From Pseudomonadota bacterium (lineage in GTDB: Bacteria; Bdellovibrionota_C; UBA2361), in contig JBJOHD010000070.1 of NCBI GenBank assembly GCA_046047875.1, forward strand, positions 1 to 38,309: a stretch of 38,309 nt of DNA. The letters run 5' to 3'. Positions 8,992 through 18,490 of the stretch are shown here, piece after piece; positions within the stretch are counted from its first letter, which is position 1; each line of letters opens with the position of its first letter. Made by a program: the position numbers and the translations under genes. The notes under the pieces are model-generated. The model did not search any database. It was not told the origin of the DNA and saw only the letters and a list, made by a program, of their open reading frames with translations.

Positions 8992-9013
8992 TTTTATCGA
9001 ACTTTTGCGAAAC
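8992..9013 (+). promoter_or_regulatory. Tandem 11-bp direct repeat upstream of pstS (candidate PhoB-type site)
   Basis: TTTTATCGAAC / TTTTGCGAAAC are adjacent, giving one-helical-turn phasing. They lie in the 127 bp pstB-pstS gap. A TATATAA element follows at 9082-9088. Confidence 0.3.
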
Positions 9014-9104
9014 GCTCATCGAGCGCTCACGAAGTTTAGGGAAGATGTTCGTTGTAGTGTCGTATGTATCGTCTAACTGACTATATAAATTGGAGATGAA
9101 AACG

Positions 9105-10118
9105 ATGCGTCGCGTAGGAATGATCGGCGGGTTCGCCGTGTTGATGATGGCTGGAGCAGCGGGAGCTGAGGTGAACACCGCAGCGGATCTCGGGATGATT
9201 AAGCTCGACGGGTCGAGCACCGTTTATCCGATAATGGAGGCGGTTGTTGAAGAGTTTCAAGCAACGAGTCCCAAAACGAAGTTGACGGTCGGGGTATCCG
9301 GCACCGGTGGCGGTTTCAAAAAGTTCTGCGCCGGAGAGACCGACTTTTCAAACGCGTCTCGCCCTATTAAAGCCACCGAGATCGAGTTGTGCAAAAAGAA
9401 CGGGATCGAGTACATCGAGCTTCCGGTTGCGTACGACGCGCTCACGGTCGTCGTAAATCCGAAGAACACCTGGCTTAACTCGATCACAGTTGCGGAGCTC
9501 AAGAAGATCTGGGAGCCGGAGGCGCAAGGGAAAATTACCCGCTGGAATCAGGTAAACCCCGTGTGGCCCGATCAGCCGATCGCGCTCTTCGGTGCTGGAG
9601 TTGATTCCGGAACCTACGACTACTTCACCGAGGCGATCGTGGGGAAGGAGGATATGAGCCGGGGCGATTATACGAGCAGCGAGGACGATAACGTGCTCGT
9701 GCAAGGGGTGTCTGGAAACGCCAATGCACTCGGATTCTTTGGTATCGCCTACTTCAATTCGAACAAGGACAAGGTGAAGGCGCTGCTTGTCGATGATGGG
9801 AAGGCGGAGAACGGATCGGGACCGCAAGCGGCGACCGTTGAGAACGTCATCAAGGGCGTCTATCAGCCGCTCGCCCGTCCGCTCTTCGTCTATGTAAGCA
9901 AGAAGTCGGCGCTCCGGCCGGAGGTCGCGGCGTTTGTGAATTTCATGAACGCAAATTCGATCGCCCTCACCACTGAGGTAGGCTACGTGCCGCTTACAGA
10001 GAACGCAGTGAAGCTGGCCGCTGCGCGCTTTGATAAGCGTCAGGTGGGCTCGTTGTTCGCTCACGGGGGTTCGCAGGTCGGTGTGACCCTTGAGGAGCTT
10101 TTAAAGAAGAGCTCGTAG
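9105..10118 (+). CDS. pstS: Phosphate ABC transporter substrate-binding protein PstS
   Basis: Signal peptide followed by [18 protein letters not shown] and the SRPIK motif of the PstS family. I prefer the ATG at 9105 (GGAG 9 nt upstream). The listed ORF starts at the TTG at 9090. Confidence 0.9.
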   Translation: MRRVGMIGGFAVLMMAGAAGAEVNTAADLGMIKLDGSSTVYPIMEAVVEEFQATSPKTKLTVGVSGTGGGFKKFCAGETDFSNASRPIKATEIELCKKNGIEYIELPVAYDALTVVVNPKNTWLNSITVAELKKIWEPEAQGKITRWNQVNPVWPDQPIALFGAGVDSGTYDYFTEAIVGKEDMSRGDYTSSEDDNVLVQGVSGNANALGFFGIAYFNSNKDKVKALLVDDGKAENGSGPQAATVENVIKGVYQPLARPLFVYVSKKSALRPEVAAFVNFMNANSIALTTEVGYVPLTENAVKLAAARFDKRQVGSLFAHGGSQVGVTLEELLKKSS

Positions 10119-10127
10119 TCACCGGAA

Positions 10128-10159
10128 GGGGGCGCGGGGTTCTCCCCGCGCCCCCGTTT
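10128..10159 (+). terminator. Strong GC hairpin immediately after pstS (intra-operon attenuator/terminator)
   Basis: GGGGGCGCGGGG-ttct-CCCCGCGCCCCC is a perfect 12 bp stem, followed by GTTT. It sits 10 nt after the pstS stop and before pstC. Confidence 0.6.
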
Positions 10160-10173
10160 GAGGAGAAGCGATT

Positions 10174-11112
10174 ATGAATAATACAGCGGGTGCAGCCTCC
10201 TCAGCATCGAGCATCATGGGAGATCGGGCGGCGTATCGGCGCCGACTTCTTACCGAGCGGCTCGTGCATGCAATCCTTTTTTGCTGCGGCACCGTCTCGG
10301 TGCTGACCAGTATCGGTATCATCATCGTTCTCGCAGCTGAGACCGCGGGGTTTTTCTCCAAAGTGAGTCTGTTCGACTTTTTCACCGATCTCGAATGGAC
10401 CCCCCTGTTTGCCGACAAGCACTTTGGGATTTTGCCGCTCGTGAGCGGCACAGTGCTTGTCTCGCTGATCGCGATGGCGGTGGCGCTCCCGTTTGGTCTC
10501 CTTATCGCGATATATCTTAGTGAATTCGCGTCGGCCCGTGCGCGGGCTATTTTAAAGCCGATCCTTGAGGTGCTGGCCGGAATCCCGACCATCGTATACG
10601 GATACTTTGCGCTCCTCTTTGTCACCCCGCTTCTTCAGCGATTTTTACCCGATCTCGGGGGATTCAATGCGCTGAGTCCCGGGATCGTGATGGGGTTTAT
10701 GATCCTGCCGATGATCGCTTCGCTCAGCGAAGATGCACTCTATGCGGTGCCGCAGAGCCTCCGGGAGGCGTCGTACGCGCTCGGTTCGACCCGGATCCAA
10801 ATGGTCTTTAAAGTTCTCGTGCCGGCAGCACTGGGTGGTATCACCGCGTCGTTTATTCTCGCCATCTCTCGGGCGATCGGGGAGACGATGATCGTCGCAA
10901 TCGCGGCGGGTCAGCAGCCGAATCTCACCTTCAATCCGCTGAATCCGGTAGAGACGATGACCGCGTATATCGTCCAGGTATCGCTGGGTGATACCCCCCA
11001 CGGGACCCTCGAATATCAAACTATCTTTGCGGTGGGAACGATGCTGTTCCTTATGACCTTAGTGATGAACTGTGTGAGCTTATGGGTACGGGAGCGGTTT
11101 CGAACGTTGTAA
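10174..11112 (+). CDS. pstC: Phosphate ABC transporter permease PstC
   Basis: Multi-TM permease with the EAA-type loop ([22 protein letters not shown]) and position between pstS and pstA. Confidence 0.9.
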   Translation: MNNTAGAASSASSIMGDRAAYRRRLLTERLVHAILFCCGTVSVLTSIGIIIVLAAETAGFFSKVSLFDFFTDLEWTPLFADKHFGILPLVSGTVLVSLIAMAVALPFGLLIAIYLSEFASARARAILKPILEVLAGIPTIVYGYFALLFVTPLLQRFLPDLGGFNALSPGIVMGFMILPMIASLSEDALYAVPQSLREASYALGSTRIQMVFKVLVPAALGGITASFILAISRAIGETMIVAIAAGQQPNLTFNPLNPVETMTAYIVQVSLGDTPHGTLEYQTIFAVGTMLFLMTLVMNCVSLWVRERFRTL

Positions 11113-11996
11113 GAAGCCCGGGGCGGCTGACCGTCTCAGCAGGGGAGCAGTGGCGGCGCCGATTCTCTGAGGTGGGGTTCACCGCGGTGGCGCTCGGCGC
11201 CCTCTCGGTAGCCCTGGTGGTGCTGTGCGCGCTGCTTATCGATTTAGTTCTCGATGGGGCGGGGCGGCTTTCGTGGTCGTTTCTAACGAGTTTCCCCTCG
11301 CGGCACGCCGATAAAGCGGGGATATACTCTCCCTTGATCGGCAGTATCTTTCTTATCGTTGTGACAGCGGCGATCGCGGTGCCGCTGGGGATCGGGGCGG
11401 CGGTGTACCTGGAGGAGTACGCCGGACGGAATCGCTTCACCCGGATCATCGAACTCACTATCGTGAATCTCGCGGGTGTGCCGTCGATCATCTTTGGTCT
11501 GTTGGGGCTCCAGTTGTTCGTGCGGTACGCTGGCCTCGATCGAAGTCTTATCGCCGGGGCATTGACGATGTCGCTCCTCGTCCTTCCGGTTATCGTGATG
11601 GCGACCCGAGAGGCGCTCCGCGCGGTGCCCGGGCAGCTTCGAGATGCGTCGCTCGCACTCGGTGCCACCAAATGGCAGACGATTCGAATCCAGATATTGC
11701 CGGTGGCGTTTCCCGGTATCCTCACGGGCTGCATCTTGGCCCTCTCTCGCGCGATCGGAGAGACCGCTCCGCTGGTGACGATCGGGGCGCTCGCCTACGT
11801 AGCGTTCATACCGGATGGCCTCTCCTCTCCCTTTACGGTGATTCCGATTCAGGCGTTTAATTGGATCTCCCGGCCCCAGACCGCGTTCCATGAGAACGCT
11901 GCGGCTGCAATCGCGGTTTTGCTCGTGATCCTATTAACCCTTAATTCTATCGCGATCTGGCTCCGCTATAAATTGCAGGTGAAATCGAGGTTGTAG
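11082..11996 (+). CDS. pstA: Phosphate ABC transporter permease PstA
   Basis: Multi-TM permease with [22 protein letters not shown]. The only ATG start overlaps the pstC 3' end by 31 nt. Confidence 0.9.
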   Translation: MGTGAVSNVVRSPGRLTVSAGEQWRRRFSEVGFTAVALGALSVALVVLCALLIDLVLDGAGRLSWSFLTSFPSRHADKAGIYSPLIGSIFLIVVTAAIAVPLGIGAAVYLEEYAGRNRFTRIIELTIVNLAGVPSIIFGLLGLQLFVRYAGLDRSLIAGALTMSLLVLPVIVMATREALRAVPGQLRDASLALGATKWQTIRIQILPVAFPGILTGCILALSRAIGETAPLVTIGALAYVAFIPDGLSSPFTVIPIQAFNWISRPQTAFHENAAAAIAVLLVILLTLNSIAIWLRYKLQVKSRL

Positions 11997-12050
11997 TCTG
12001 CGTATAGTATGCCGAACGGTAGAAGCGAACGCCCCGAGAAGGAGTAAACT

Positions 12051-12731
12051 GTGACCCAACATCTTCAACGTGAGATAGAGAAGCTCAAAAAGATGATCTT
12101 AGCCCTGAGCTCGGTGGTCGAAGATAGCGTCCACCGCGCGGTGAAGGCGGTCGCGGAGCGGGACCCGAACCTTGCGGGGCAGGTGCTTGAGGGCGATCAC
12201 CGGATCGATCAGATGGAGGTCGAGGTGGAGGAGGAGTGCCTCAAGGTGTTGGCGCTGCACCAGCCCGTAGCTATAGACCTTCGATTCATCATCGCGGTCC
12301 TCAAGATCAACAACGATTTGGAGCGCATCGGAGATCTCGCCAATAATATCGCGTGGCGGGCGGAGTCGCTTGCCAAGATGCCGCCGGTCGCCTCACCGTT
12401 CGATTTTCATGCGATGGCGAAAGCTGTGAAGGAGATGCTGCGCAAAAGCCTCGAATCGCTCGTTAACCTCGATACGGGGCTTGCCCGCGAGGTGTGTGCG
12501 GAGGACGACGCGGTGGATGCGATCAACCGGGATCTTTATCAAAAGATCGCGGGTCTCATCAAACAGAGGACGGAAGACACCGAGAGCCTCATTCATTATT
12601 TCTCGGTCTCCCGAAATCTCGAGCGTATCGGCGATCATGCGACCAATATCGCTGAGGATGTGATCTACATGGTCGAGGGGCAGATCGTTCGCCACGGCGG
12701 CCGCACGGGTGTTGAGCCCGATGACGCGTAG
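12051..12731 (+). CDS. phoU: Phosphate signalling complex protein PhoU
   Basis: Two PhoU repeats, each with the E(R)IGD motif (DLERIGDLANNIA and NLERIGDHATNIAEDV). Confidence 0.95.
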   Translation: MTQHLQREIEKLKKMILALSSVVEDSVHRAVKAVAERDPNLAGQVLEGDHRIDQMEVEVEEECLKVLALHQPVAIDLRFIIAVLKINNDLERIGDLANNIAWRAESLAKMPPVASPFDFHAMAKAVKEMLRKSLESLVNLDTGLAREVCAEDDAVDAINRDLYQKIAGLIKQRTEDTESLIHYFSVSRNLERIGDHATNIAEDVIYMVEGQIVRHGGRTGVEPDDA

Positions 12732-14177
12732 GTGAACGGGGTGCGGATTCTCGTTACCGGAGCCACCGGATACATCGGCGGCCGGCTTGTGCCGGCGCTT
12801 CTTGAGCGGGGTCACCGTGTGCGGGTGATGGCCCGTGAACCGCTGAAGCTCACCCGCAAGGTGTGGCCAGGGGTCGAGGTAGTCAAGGGTGATGCTCTTG
12901 ACCCGGAGAGCCTCGCCGCTCCCTTCGAAGACATCGAGGTAGCCTACTATCTCATTCACTCGATGACCACCTCAGGACACGGCTTTGCTGAGCGCGATCG
13001 GGCCGCGGCGGAGAACTTTGCTCGAGCGGCGAGTGCGGCCGGGGTAAAGCGAATCATTTATCTGGGTGGGCTTGGCCGACCGGGACCTGAGCTCTCGGAA
13101 CATCTCAAAAGTCGGCATGAAACCGGGGCGGTGCTCCGTCGGGGAGCGGTTCCGGTGACGGAGCTTCGTGCCGCGATAATCGTCGGTTCCGGCTCGGCGT
13201 CGTTTACGATCCTGCATGATCTGGTGCGTAAACTTCCGTTTATGATCTGTCCCCGCTGGGTGCGTTCGCGATGCGAACCGATCGCAATACGTCAGGTGAT
13301 CGGGTATCTCGTCGGGGTTCTCGAGGAGCCCCGCTCTATCGGTGAGACCCTCGAGATAGGGGGCGGGGAGATTATGACCTACGAGGAGATGATGCGGCGG
13401 TGCGCCCGGGTTCTCGGGCGCACGCTGTATATCCTGAACGTTCCGGTGTTAACCCCGGCGTTGTCGAGTTATTGGCTCAATTTAGTAACTCACGTTCCGA
13501 TGAGTCTCGCCCGCCCCCTGGTTGAGGGACTTCGAAACGACGTCGTATGCAACGACAATCGGATACGGGAGTGGATTCAGGTACCAGCGATCTCCTACGA
13601 CGAAGCGGTGCGACTGGCGGTATCGAAGACCGAACGGGGTGAGGAGGAGAGCATCTGGAGCGATGCAACGACGGTGGTGTATGCGCCCGTTGAGGCGGAG
13701 CACGGTGCCCTCCTCAAAGATGAGCGCTCGGTCCAGGTCAATGCGCCGGTCGAAACCCTTTTCGGTGTGGTCGAGCGGATCGGGGGGGAGAACGGATGGT
13801 ATCACGCCGATTGGTTATGGCACCTTCGCGCTGCCCTCGATTATCTCCTCGGCGGGATCGGGATGCGCCGGGGACGACGTGATACAGCGCACCTCGCGGT
13901 GGGTGATCCGGTCGACTTTTGGCGGGTCGAGCGGCGCGAGGCGAATCAAACGGTGGGGCTGCGTGCTGAGATGATGCTCCCGGGTGTGGCTCGCCTCACC
14001 TTTGAAACAGCCCCCCGGGAAGGGGGCTCTCAGCTCGTTTTGAAAGCGCATTTCTGGCCCCATGGCTTTTGGGGACGGGCATATTGGTATGCGGTGCTCC
14101 CTTTGCACGATTACGTCTTTAATGGGATGTTACTCGGGATTAAGCGGGTGGCTGAACGAGAAGGGCGGGTGGCATAA
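12732..14177 (+). CDS. NAD(P)-binding SDR/NmrA-like domain fused to a DUF2867-like C-terminal domain
   Basis: N-terminal Rossmann motif ILVTGATGYIGGRLV. Length (481 aa) and C-terminal half fit the SDR+DUF2867 architecture. The GTG start directly abuts the phoU TAG stop. Confidence 0.7.
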   Translation: MNGVRILVTGATGYIGGRLVPALLERGHRVRVMAREPLKLTRKVWPGVEVVKGDALDPESLAAPFEDIEVAYYLIHSMTTSGHGFAERDRAAAENFARAASAAGVKRIIYLGGLGRPGPELSEHLKSRHETGAVLRRGAVPVTELRAAIIVGSGSASFTILHDLVRKLPFMICPRWVRSRCEPIAIRQVIGYLVGVLEEPRSIGETLEIGGGEIMTYEEMMRRCARVLGRTLYILNVPVLTPALSSYWLNLVTHVPMSLARPLVEGLRNDVVCNDNRIREWIQVPAISYDEAVRLAVSKTERGEEESIWSDATTVVYAPVEAEHGALLKDERSVQVNAPVETLFGVVERIGGENGWYHADWLWHLRAALDYLLGGIGMRRGRRDTAHLAVGDPVDFWRVERREANQTVGLRAEMMLPGVARLTFETAPREGGSQLVLKAHFWPHGFWGRAYWYAVLPLHDYVFNGMLLGIKRVAEREGRVA

Positions 14178-14227
14178 TCGCCATAAGCTGTCTCGTGGTC
14201 GCTATCCGAGACTGACTCCCGTTTACC

Positions 14228-15961
14228 ATGTTCGCCAAACTATACCCCCTCACCGTGAGCAGGGCGCTTCTTGCGACCCTTCTGGTATTCTTCGTCCTCA
14301 CCGTTCCGTGGCTGGGGAGCACGCCGTTCTCAACTCGGGGGGAGCCCCGCGAGGCGCTGGTGGCTCAAGCGATGGTGTCGACCGGGGAGTGGGTGCTGCC
14401 CCGGGGGTATAGCGACGACGTACCGTCGAAGCCCCCTTTTATGCACTGGATTATCGCTGGGGTATCGCTGATTCGGGGGGGGGTGACGGAGTTTACCGCC
14501 CGAGTCCCCTCCGCCGGGGCGGCTCTCGTATTTCTGGGGGCGTTCTTCCTTTTTATCGCCCGCCGGTTCTCCGTTCAACGTGCGGTCCTTACCTGCCTTG
14601 TTTTGATGTTTGGGATCGAGTGGTTTCGAACCTCGATAATTTGCCGGGTCGATATGACCCTCACCGCGCTCCTTGCGGGGGCGCTCGTGGCGCTCTTTCG
14701 GTGGTCGGAGCAGGATCTCCGCGGCTTTCCCGTGACGGCGGCGCTTCTCCTCGTGGGGGCCACGCTCACAAAAGGGCCGGTGAGTATCGTCCTCCCGGGA
14801 GCGATTCTGGGGCTCTTTCTCCTCATCGAGGGGCGGAGCTTCGGTCGAGTTCTGCAAAAGGCGCTCCTCCTTGGTATCCCGGTCATCGCTGCCGCGAGTC
14901 TTTGGTACCTACTCGCGTGGAATCGGGGAGGGGATGACTTCGTCGCTAAGGTGCTCTACGAAAACGTCGATCGTTTCTCAGGAACGATGGAGGATAAGCC
15001 CCACGCGCACTCCGCTTTCTATCTTTACCTCACCGTACTCATCGGATTTCTCCCGTGGACCCTCTTCATCGGCCCATCGCTCGTAAACGCCCTTATTTGT
15101 AGGATTCGATCCGGCGGGCTTTCCCTCCGGGCGCTCGGGGAAAAATTCCGTGCGCTCTCTCCCTTTGAACGGTATGCGATCCTGGTCATCGGAGCGTTCC
15201 TCGTATTCTTTTCGATTCCGACGAGTAAACGGAGTGTGTATCTCCTTCCGGCGTATCCGTTTATAGCATTTTTTCTCGCGCGGTTCGTCGAAGAGGGGCT
15301 TGCCCCAGTGGTGTGGCGTCGGGCCGCGCGGGTTACCGGTGTTTTCATCGTTGCCTTATTCGGGGTAGTCGCAGCGTATCACGCTGGACTTTTCGATCTC
15401 GGTCTCTTTATTAAAAAGCCGAATACGCTCTTCGATGCGACCTATTTCGCCACCCAGCTCGGCGCTGTCGGTGCAGAGCCGCTCGGCGTGGTTATCCTCG
15501 GTGGTGTTGTTCTCCTGGGGATCGTGGCGCTCATTCGTCCGTGGCGAGGCCGCGAGTTCACCCTTCTCGTAGCCCTTCTCAGTGGGGTGTATCTCGCAGC
15601 GAACGGGGTGATAGTGCCGGCGCTGCAGCGCCCTCTCTCGCTCCAACGGTATGCAAGCGATCTCGCGCCGCAGATCACTGCGGCGCAGAAGATATACTCT
15701 TTTGGCACTGAGTTTTATGGTGTGAGCTTTTATCTCAATCGGGAGATCTATCGAGCGGCTCCCGGGATAGAGGATGGGGCGCGGGTAGTGGTGCTTGATC
15801 GGCACATCAAGGACCTTGAAGTGATGCTCGGCGCTGGCCGGGGGGTAAAAACCCTCTCAGTGTCGCCGTACGGTGTTGTAAAGCCGCGCGACCGCGTGGC
15901 TCTTGTGGAGGTTATTCCTCAGGGACAGCCGCTGAGTGAGGGAAGCAGCGTCTCCAAATAG
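14228..15961 (+). CDS. Glycosyltransferase family 39 (ArnT/PMT-like, polyprenyl-phosphate-sugar dependent) membrane protein
   Basis: 577 aa with many TM helices. The N-terminal periplasmic loop motif (GEPREALVAQAMVSTGEWVLP...KPPFMHW) matches the ArnT/PMT-type first loop. Confidence 0.75.
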   Translation: MFAKLYPLTVSRALLATLLVFFVLTVPWLGSTPFSTRGEPREALVAQAMVSTGEWVLPRGYSDDVPSKPPFMHWIIAGVSLIRGGVTEFTARVPSAGAALVFLGAFFLFIARRFSVQRAVLTCLVLMFGIEWFRTSIICRVDMTLTALLAGALVALFRWSEQDLRGFPVTAALLLVGATLTKGPVSIVLPGAILGLFLLIEGRSFGRVLQKALLLGIPVIAAASLWYLLAWNRGGDDFVAKVLYENVDRFSGTMEDKPHAHSAFYLYLTVLIGFLPWTLFIGPSLVNALICRIRSGGLSLRALGEKFRALSPFERYAILVIGAFLVFFSIPTSKRSVYLLPAYPFIAFFLARFVEEGLAPVVWRRAARVTGVFIVALFGVVAAYHAGLFDLGLFIKKPNTLFDATYFATQLGAVGAEPLGVVILGGVVLLGIVALIRPWRGREFTLLVALLSGVYLAANGVIVPALQRPLSLQRYASDLAPQITAAQKIYSFGTEFYGVSFYLNREIYRAAPGIEDGARVVVLDRHIKDLEVMLGAGRGVKTLSVSPYGVVKPRDRVALVEVIPQGQPLSEGSSVSK

Positions 15962-15967
15962 ACAGGA

Positions 15968-16771
15968 GTGGGTGTGAGTGAGCTTTTAATCGCGATTATT
16001 CTCGGAATCGTTGAAGGGTTAACCGAGTTCGTTCCCGTTTCGAGTACCGGTCACCTCATTTTAGTCGGTCACGCCCTCGAGTTTCGGGGAGATCGCTCGC
16101 ATGTGTTCGAGGTGTTCATCCAGCTGGGAGCAATTCTCGCCGTGGTGTGGCTCTATCCACGGCGGTTCACCGGACTCCTCGACTTTTCAAGCCCCGATCA
16201 TGGCTTCCGTGGGGTCACGGCCATCAAAAAACTAGCTGTCGTCTCCCTTCCCGCACTTATCTTCGGTTTTCTTTTTCACAAGACGATCAAGGAGCAGCTC
16301 TTCGGGCCGGGACCGGTCGCTGCGGCCCTCATCGTCGGGGGGATTGCACTTATCCTCATCGAGCGGATCTTTCCAGCCCGAGCAGAGACGCCGATAGAGG
16401 AGGTGTCCCTGAAGCAGTGCTTCATAATCGGGCTTTTTCAGTGTCTCTCGCTCTGGCCGGGGATGTCCCGCTCCGGCAGTACGATTATCGGCGGGATCGT
16501 CTGCGGCCTCCACCGGACCGTCGCGGCGGAGTTCTCCTTCCTGGCAGCGGTGCCGATCATGTGTGCCGCGGTCACCTACGATATGTATAAGCATCTCGGG
16601 GTGCTCTCGCTCGCCGATCTCCCGGTCTTCGGGGTCGGTTTTTTGGTTGCTTTCCTCTCGGCGATCGTGGCGATTCGGTTTATGATCGCTCTTCTAGGAA
16701 AGTTTTCCCTCAGCGGATTCGGGGTGTACCGAGTTCTTCTCGGTGGCATGGTGCTGTGGTTTCTACACTAA
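15968..16771 (+). CDS. uppP: Undecaprenyl-diphosphate phosphatase
   Basis: EGLTEFVPVSSTGHL and PGMSRSGSTI motifs are diagnostic for UppP/BacA. The start is 6 nt after the GT39 stop. Confidence 0.95.
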   Translation: MGVSELLIAIILGIVEGLTEFVPVSSTGHLILVGHALEFRGDRSHVFEVFIQLGAILAVVWLYPRRFTGLLDFSSPDHGFRGVTAIKKLAVVSLPALIFGFLFHKTIKEQLFGPGPVAAALIVGGIALILIERIFPARAETPIEEVSLKQCFIIGLFQCLSLWPGMSRSGSTIIGGIVCGLHRTVAAEFSFLAAVPIMCAAVTYDMYKHLGVLSLADLPVFGVGFLVAFLSAIVAIRFMIALLGKFSLSGFGVYRVLLGGMVLWFLH

Positions 16772-16788
16772 GAGTCGGCTCTGTCGAC

Positions 16789-17370
16789 TTAGCTCCCGAA
16801 GAGCCGATCGAGCATAATCGCGCACGCCGATCGCACCGAAAGGTGATTGTAGTCTTTCGGACCGTTGACCGGGTCGAGAAAGATATCCGCTCGGTCGAGG
16901 AGCTCTTCGCTCATCCCCCAGCCGGTGCCGAGCATTAAAAGGTAAGGATCGTTCGATCCGGCGAGCTCGGTTTTGAACTCCTCGAATCGCGTGCGGTTCC
17001 CCCCTGGTTTTGCTGAGGTAGCGACGAGTTTTGGCAGCTTGCCGGTGCGGAGATCGATGTGTTGAATCGCCTCATCGAGGTCGTAGACCACCTGGACGAG
17101 TTCGATCGCATCTTTGCGGTTTGGATTGTAGGTTGCCCCGAATCCCTCCTCCCAGTGGTTCTTAAGGGTCAGTGCCAGCTTGCGCAGGGTGGGGGCGGGG
17201 TGTGCGATGAAAACGTTGGTCACCCCGAAGGTTCGTGAGCTTCGGGCGATGTCGTGCACATCGATCATCGTCAGTGATGAGGTGATAAGCTTCCCTTGCT
17301 TGTCCACCATCTTATCGTGGAGCAGGATGACGCTCAGATCTCCGTGCGCCGGTGCGGTGCGTTGAGCCAT
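16789..17370 (-). CDS. Predicted SAM-dependent RNA methyltransferase (resembles the Methyltrn_RNA_4 family often found next to trmD)
   Basis: 193 aa. The start is 3 nt after the trmD stop. The N-terminal VILLHDKMVDKQGKLITSSLTMIDVHDIARSSRTFG resembles that family as I remember it. Not verified by search. Confidence 0.5.
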   Translation of the reverse strand: MAQRTAPAHGDLSVILLHDKMVDKQGKLITSSLTMIDVHDIARSSRTFGVTNVFIAHPAPTLRKLALTLKNHWEEGFGATYNPNRKDAIELVQVVYDLDEAIQHIDLRTGKLPKLVATSAKPGGNRTRFEEFKTELAGSNDPYLLMLGTGWGMSEELLDRADIFLDPVNGPKDYNHLSVRSACAIMLDRLFGS

Positions 17371-17373
17371 ACG

Positions 17374-18081
17374 TTACTCCTTCGAACTTTCCTTCAAGAG
17401 AAGATCGGGGCGGCGCGCTTTTGTTCGGGTGAGGCTCTGCTCACGACGCCATGCGGCTATTTTTTGGTGGTTGCCTGAGAGGAGCACCTCCGGCACCGCA
17501 CGACCAGCGAACTTAAGGGGCCGGGTGTAGTGGGGGGCTTCGAGGAGCTGGGGGACGCCGTCTCCCCCCGCAAACGACTCCTCTTCGATCGAGGATGCGT
17601 TTCCGATAACGTCTTTAACGAGCCGGGTGGTCGCCTCGATTACGACCATCGCCGGGATCTCCCCCCCCATGAGCACGTAGTCACCGATAGAGATCTCCGC
17701 ATCGATCGCGCTCTCGATAACCCGCTCATCGACACCTTCGTACCGTCCACACACGAGGATCAGTCCGGGGAGGCGGCTTAGCTCCAGCGCTTTCGACTGG
17801 GAAAACGGAGTTCCCGCAGGGGAGAGTAAGAGGACCGGTGCTCCGGGATTGCTGCGGCGGGCCGCTTCGATCGCTTTTGAAAGGGGCTCCGGCTTCATCA
17901 CCATTCCTGCCCCGCCGCCGTACGGGGTGTCGTCGACCGAGTAGTGGGGGGGGCTCGCAAAGTCACGGATGTTGACCCGCTCGAACGTAATCGTGCCGCG
18001 CTCAACCGCTTTGGCGATGAGGCTCGTCGAGAGGAAACTCTCAAACAGCTCGGGGAATATAGTGAGGAGGGTTATCCGCAT
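17374..18081 (-). CDS. trmD: tRNA (guanine37-N1)-methyltransferase TrmD
   Basis: MRITLLTIFPELF, DDTPYGGGAGMVMKPEP and CGRYEGVDERV are TrmD hallmarks. I prefer the ATG at 18081 over the listed TTG at 18090. Confidence 0.95.
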   Translation of the reverse strand: MRITLLTIFPELFESFLSTSLIAKAVERGTITFERVNIRDFASPPHYSVDDTPYGGGAGMVMKPEPLSKAIEAARRSNPGAPVLLLSPAGTPFSQSKALELSRLPGLILVCGRYEGVDERVIESAIDAEISIGDYVLMGGEIPAMVVIEATTRLVKDVIGNASSIEEESFAGGDGVPQLLEAPHYTRPLKFAGRAVPEVLLSGNHQKIAAWRREQSLTRTKARRPDLLLKESSKE

Positions 18082-18088
18082 CGCCAAC

Positions 18089-18118
18089 AAAAAAGCCCAC
18101 TCTTATGAGGAGCGGGCT
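18089..18118 (-). terminator. Rho-independent-type hairpin plus T-tract between rpsP and trmD
   Basis: Minus strand: AGCCCGCTC-ctcataa-GAGTGGGCT (one G-U pair), followed by TTTTT. The T-tract ends 8 nt before the trmD ATG. Confidence 0.5.
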
Positions 18119-18145
18119 TTCTCTTACGTCTCGGTTCGAGGAGAG

Positions 18146-18490
18146 CTACTTCTTGCTCTTCTTCGTTCCCTTGCCGGCAAGCCGCGCTTTACGCGCCTTA
18201 CGGGCAGCCTGAATCTTCTTCCGTTGATGCTCCTCACGCTTCTCGATAAGCCCCGGGAACTTCTTGATGATGAGATCGCGCGCTACCCCGCTCACCTGCG
18301 CACCCACCTCAATCCACCGGCGAATACGATCCTCTTTGAGGTTGAGGACAGGGGGCTCTACCATCGGGTTATAGGTGCCGAGGTTCTCGATAACACCACC
18401 GTTTCGCTTACTCGCTTTCTCAAGCGCCACGAATCTGTAAAACGCATTTTTGCGGACGCCGTAGCGTGCAAGTCTAAGTGTAACCGCCAC
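18146..18490 (-). CDS. rpsP: 30S ribosomal protein S16 with a Lys-rich C-terminal extension
   Basis: MAVTLRLARYGVRKNAFYRFV...GTYNP is canonical S16. The last 30 aa or so are a K/R-rich tail. Confidence 0.95.
   Translation of the reverse strand: MAVTLRLARYGVRKNAFYRFVALEKASKRNGGVIENLGTYNPMVEPPVLNLKEDRIRRWIEVGAQVSGVARDLIIKKFPGLIEKREEHQRKKIQAARKARKARLAGKGTKKSKK

Noticed and set aside
11681-11691. T-loop-like GATTCGAATCC that might indicate a tRNA.
   Set aside because: It lies inside the pstA reading frame, and no acceptor or anticodon stem arrangement surrounds it. I found no convincing tRNA, rRNA, tmRNA or SRP RNA signature in any intergenic region.
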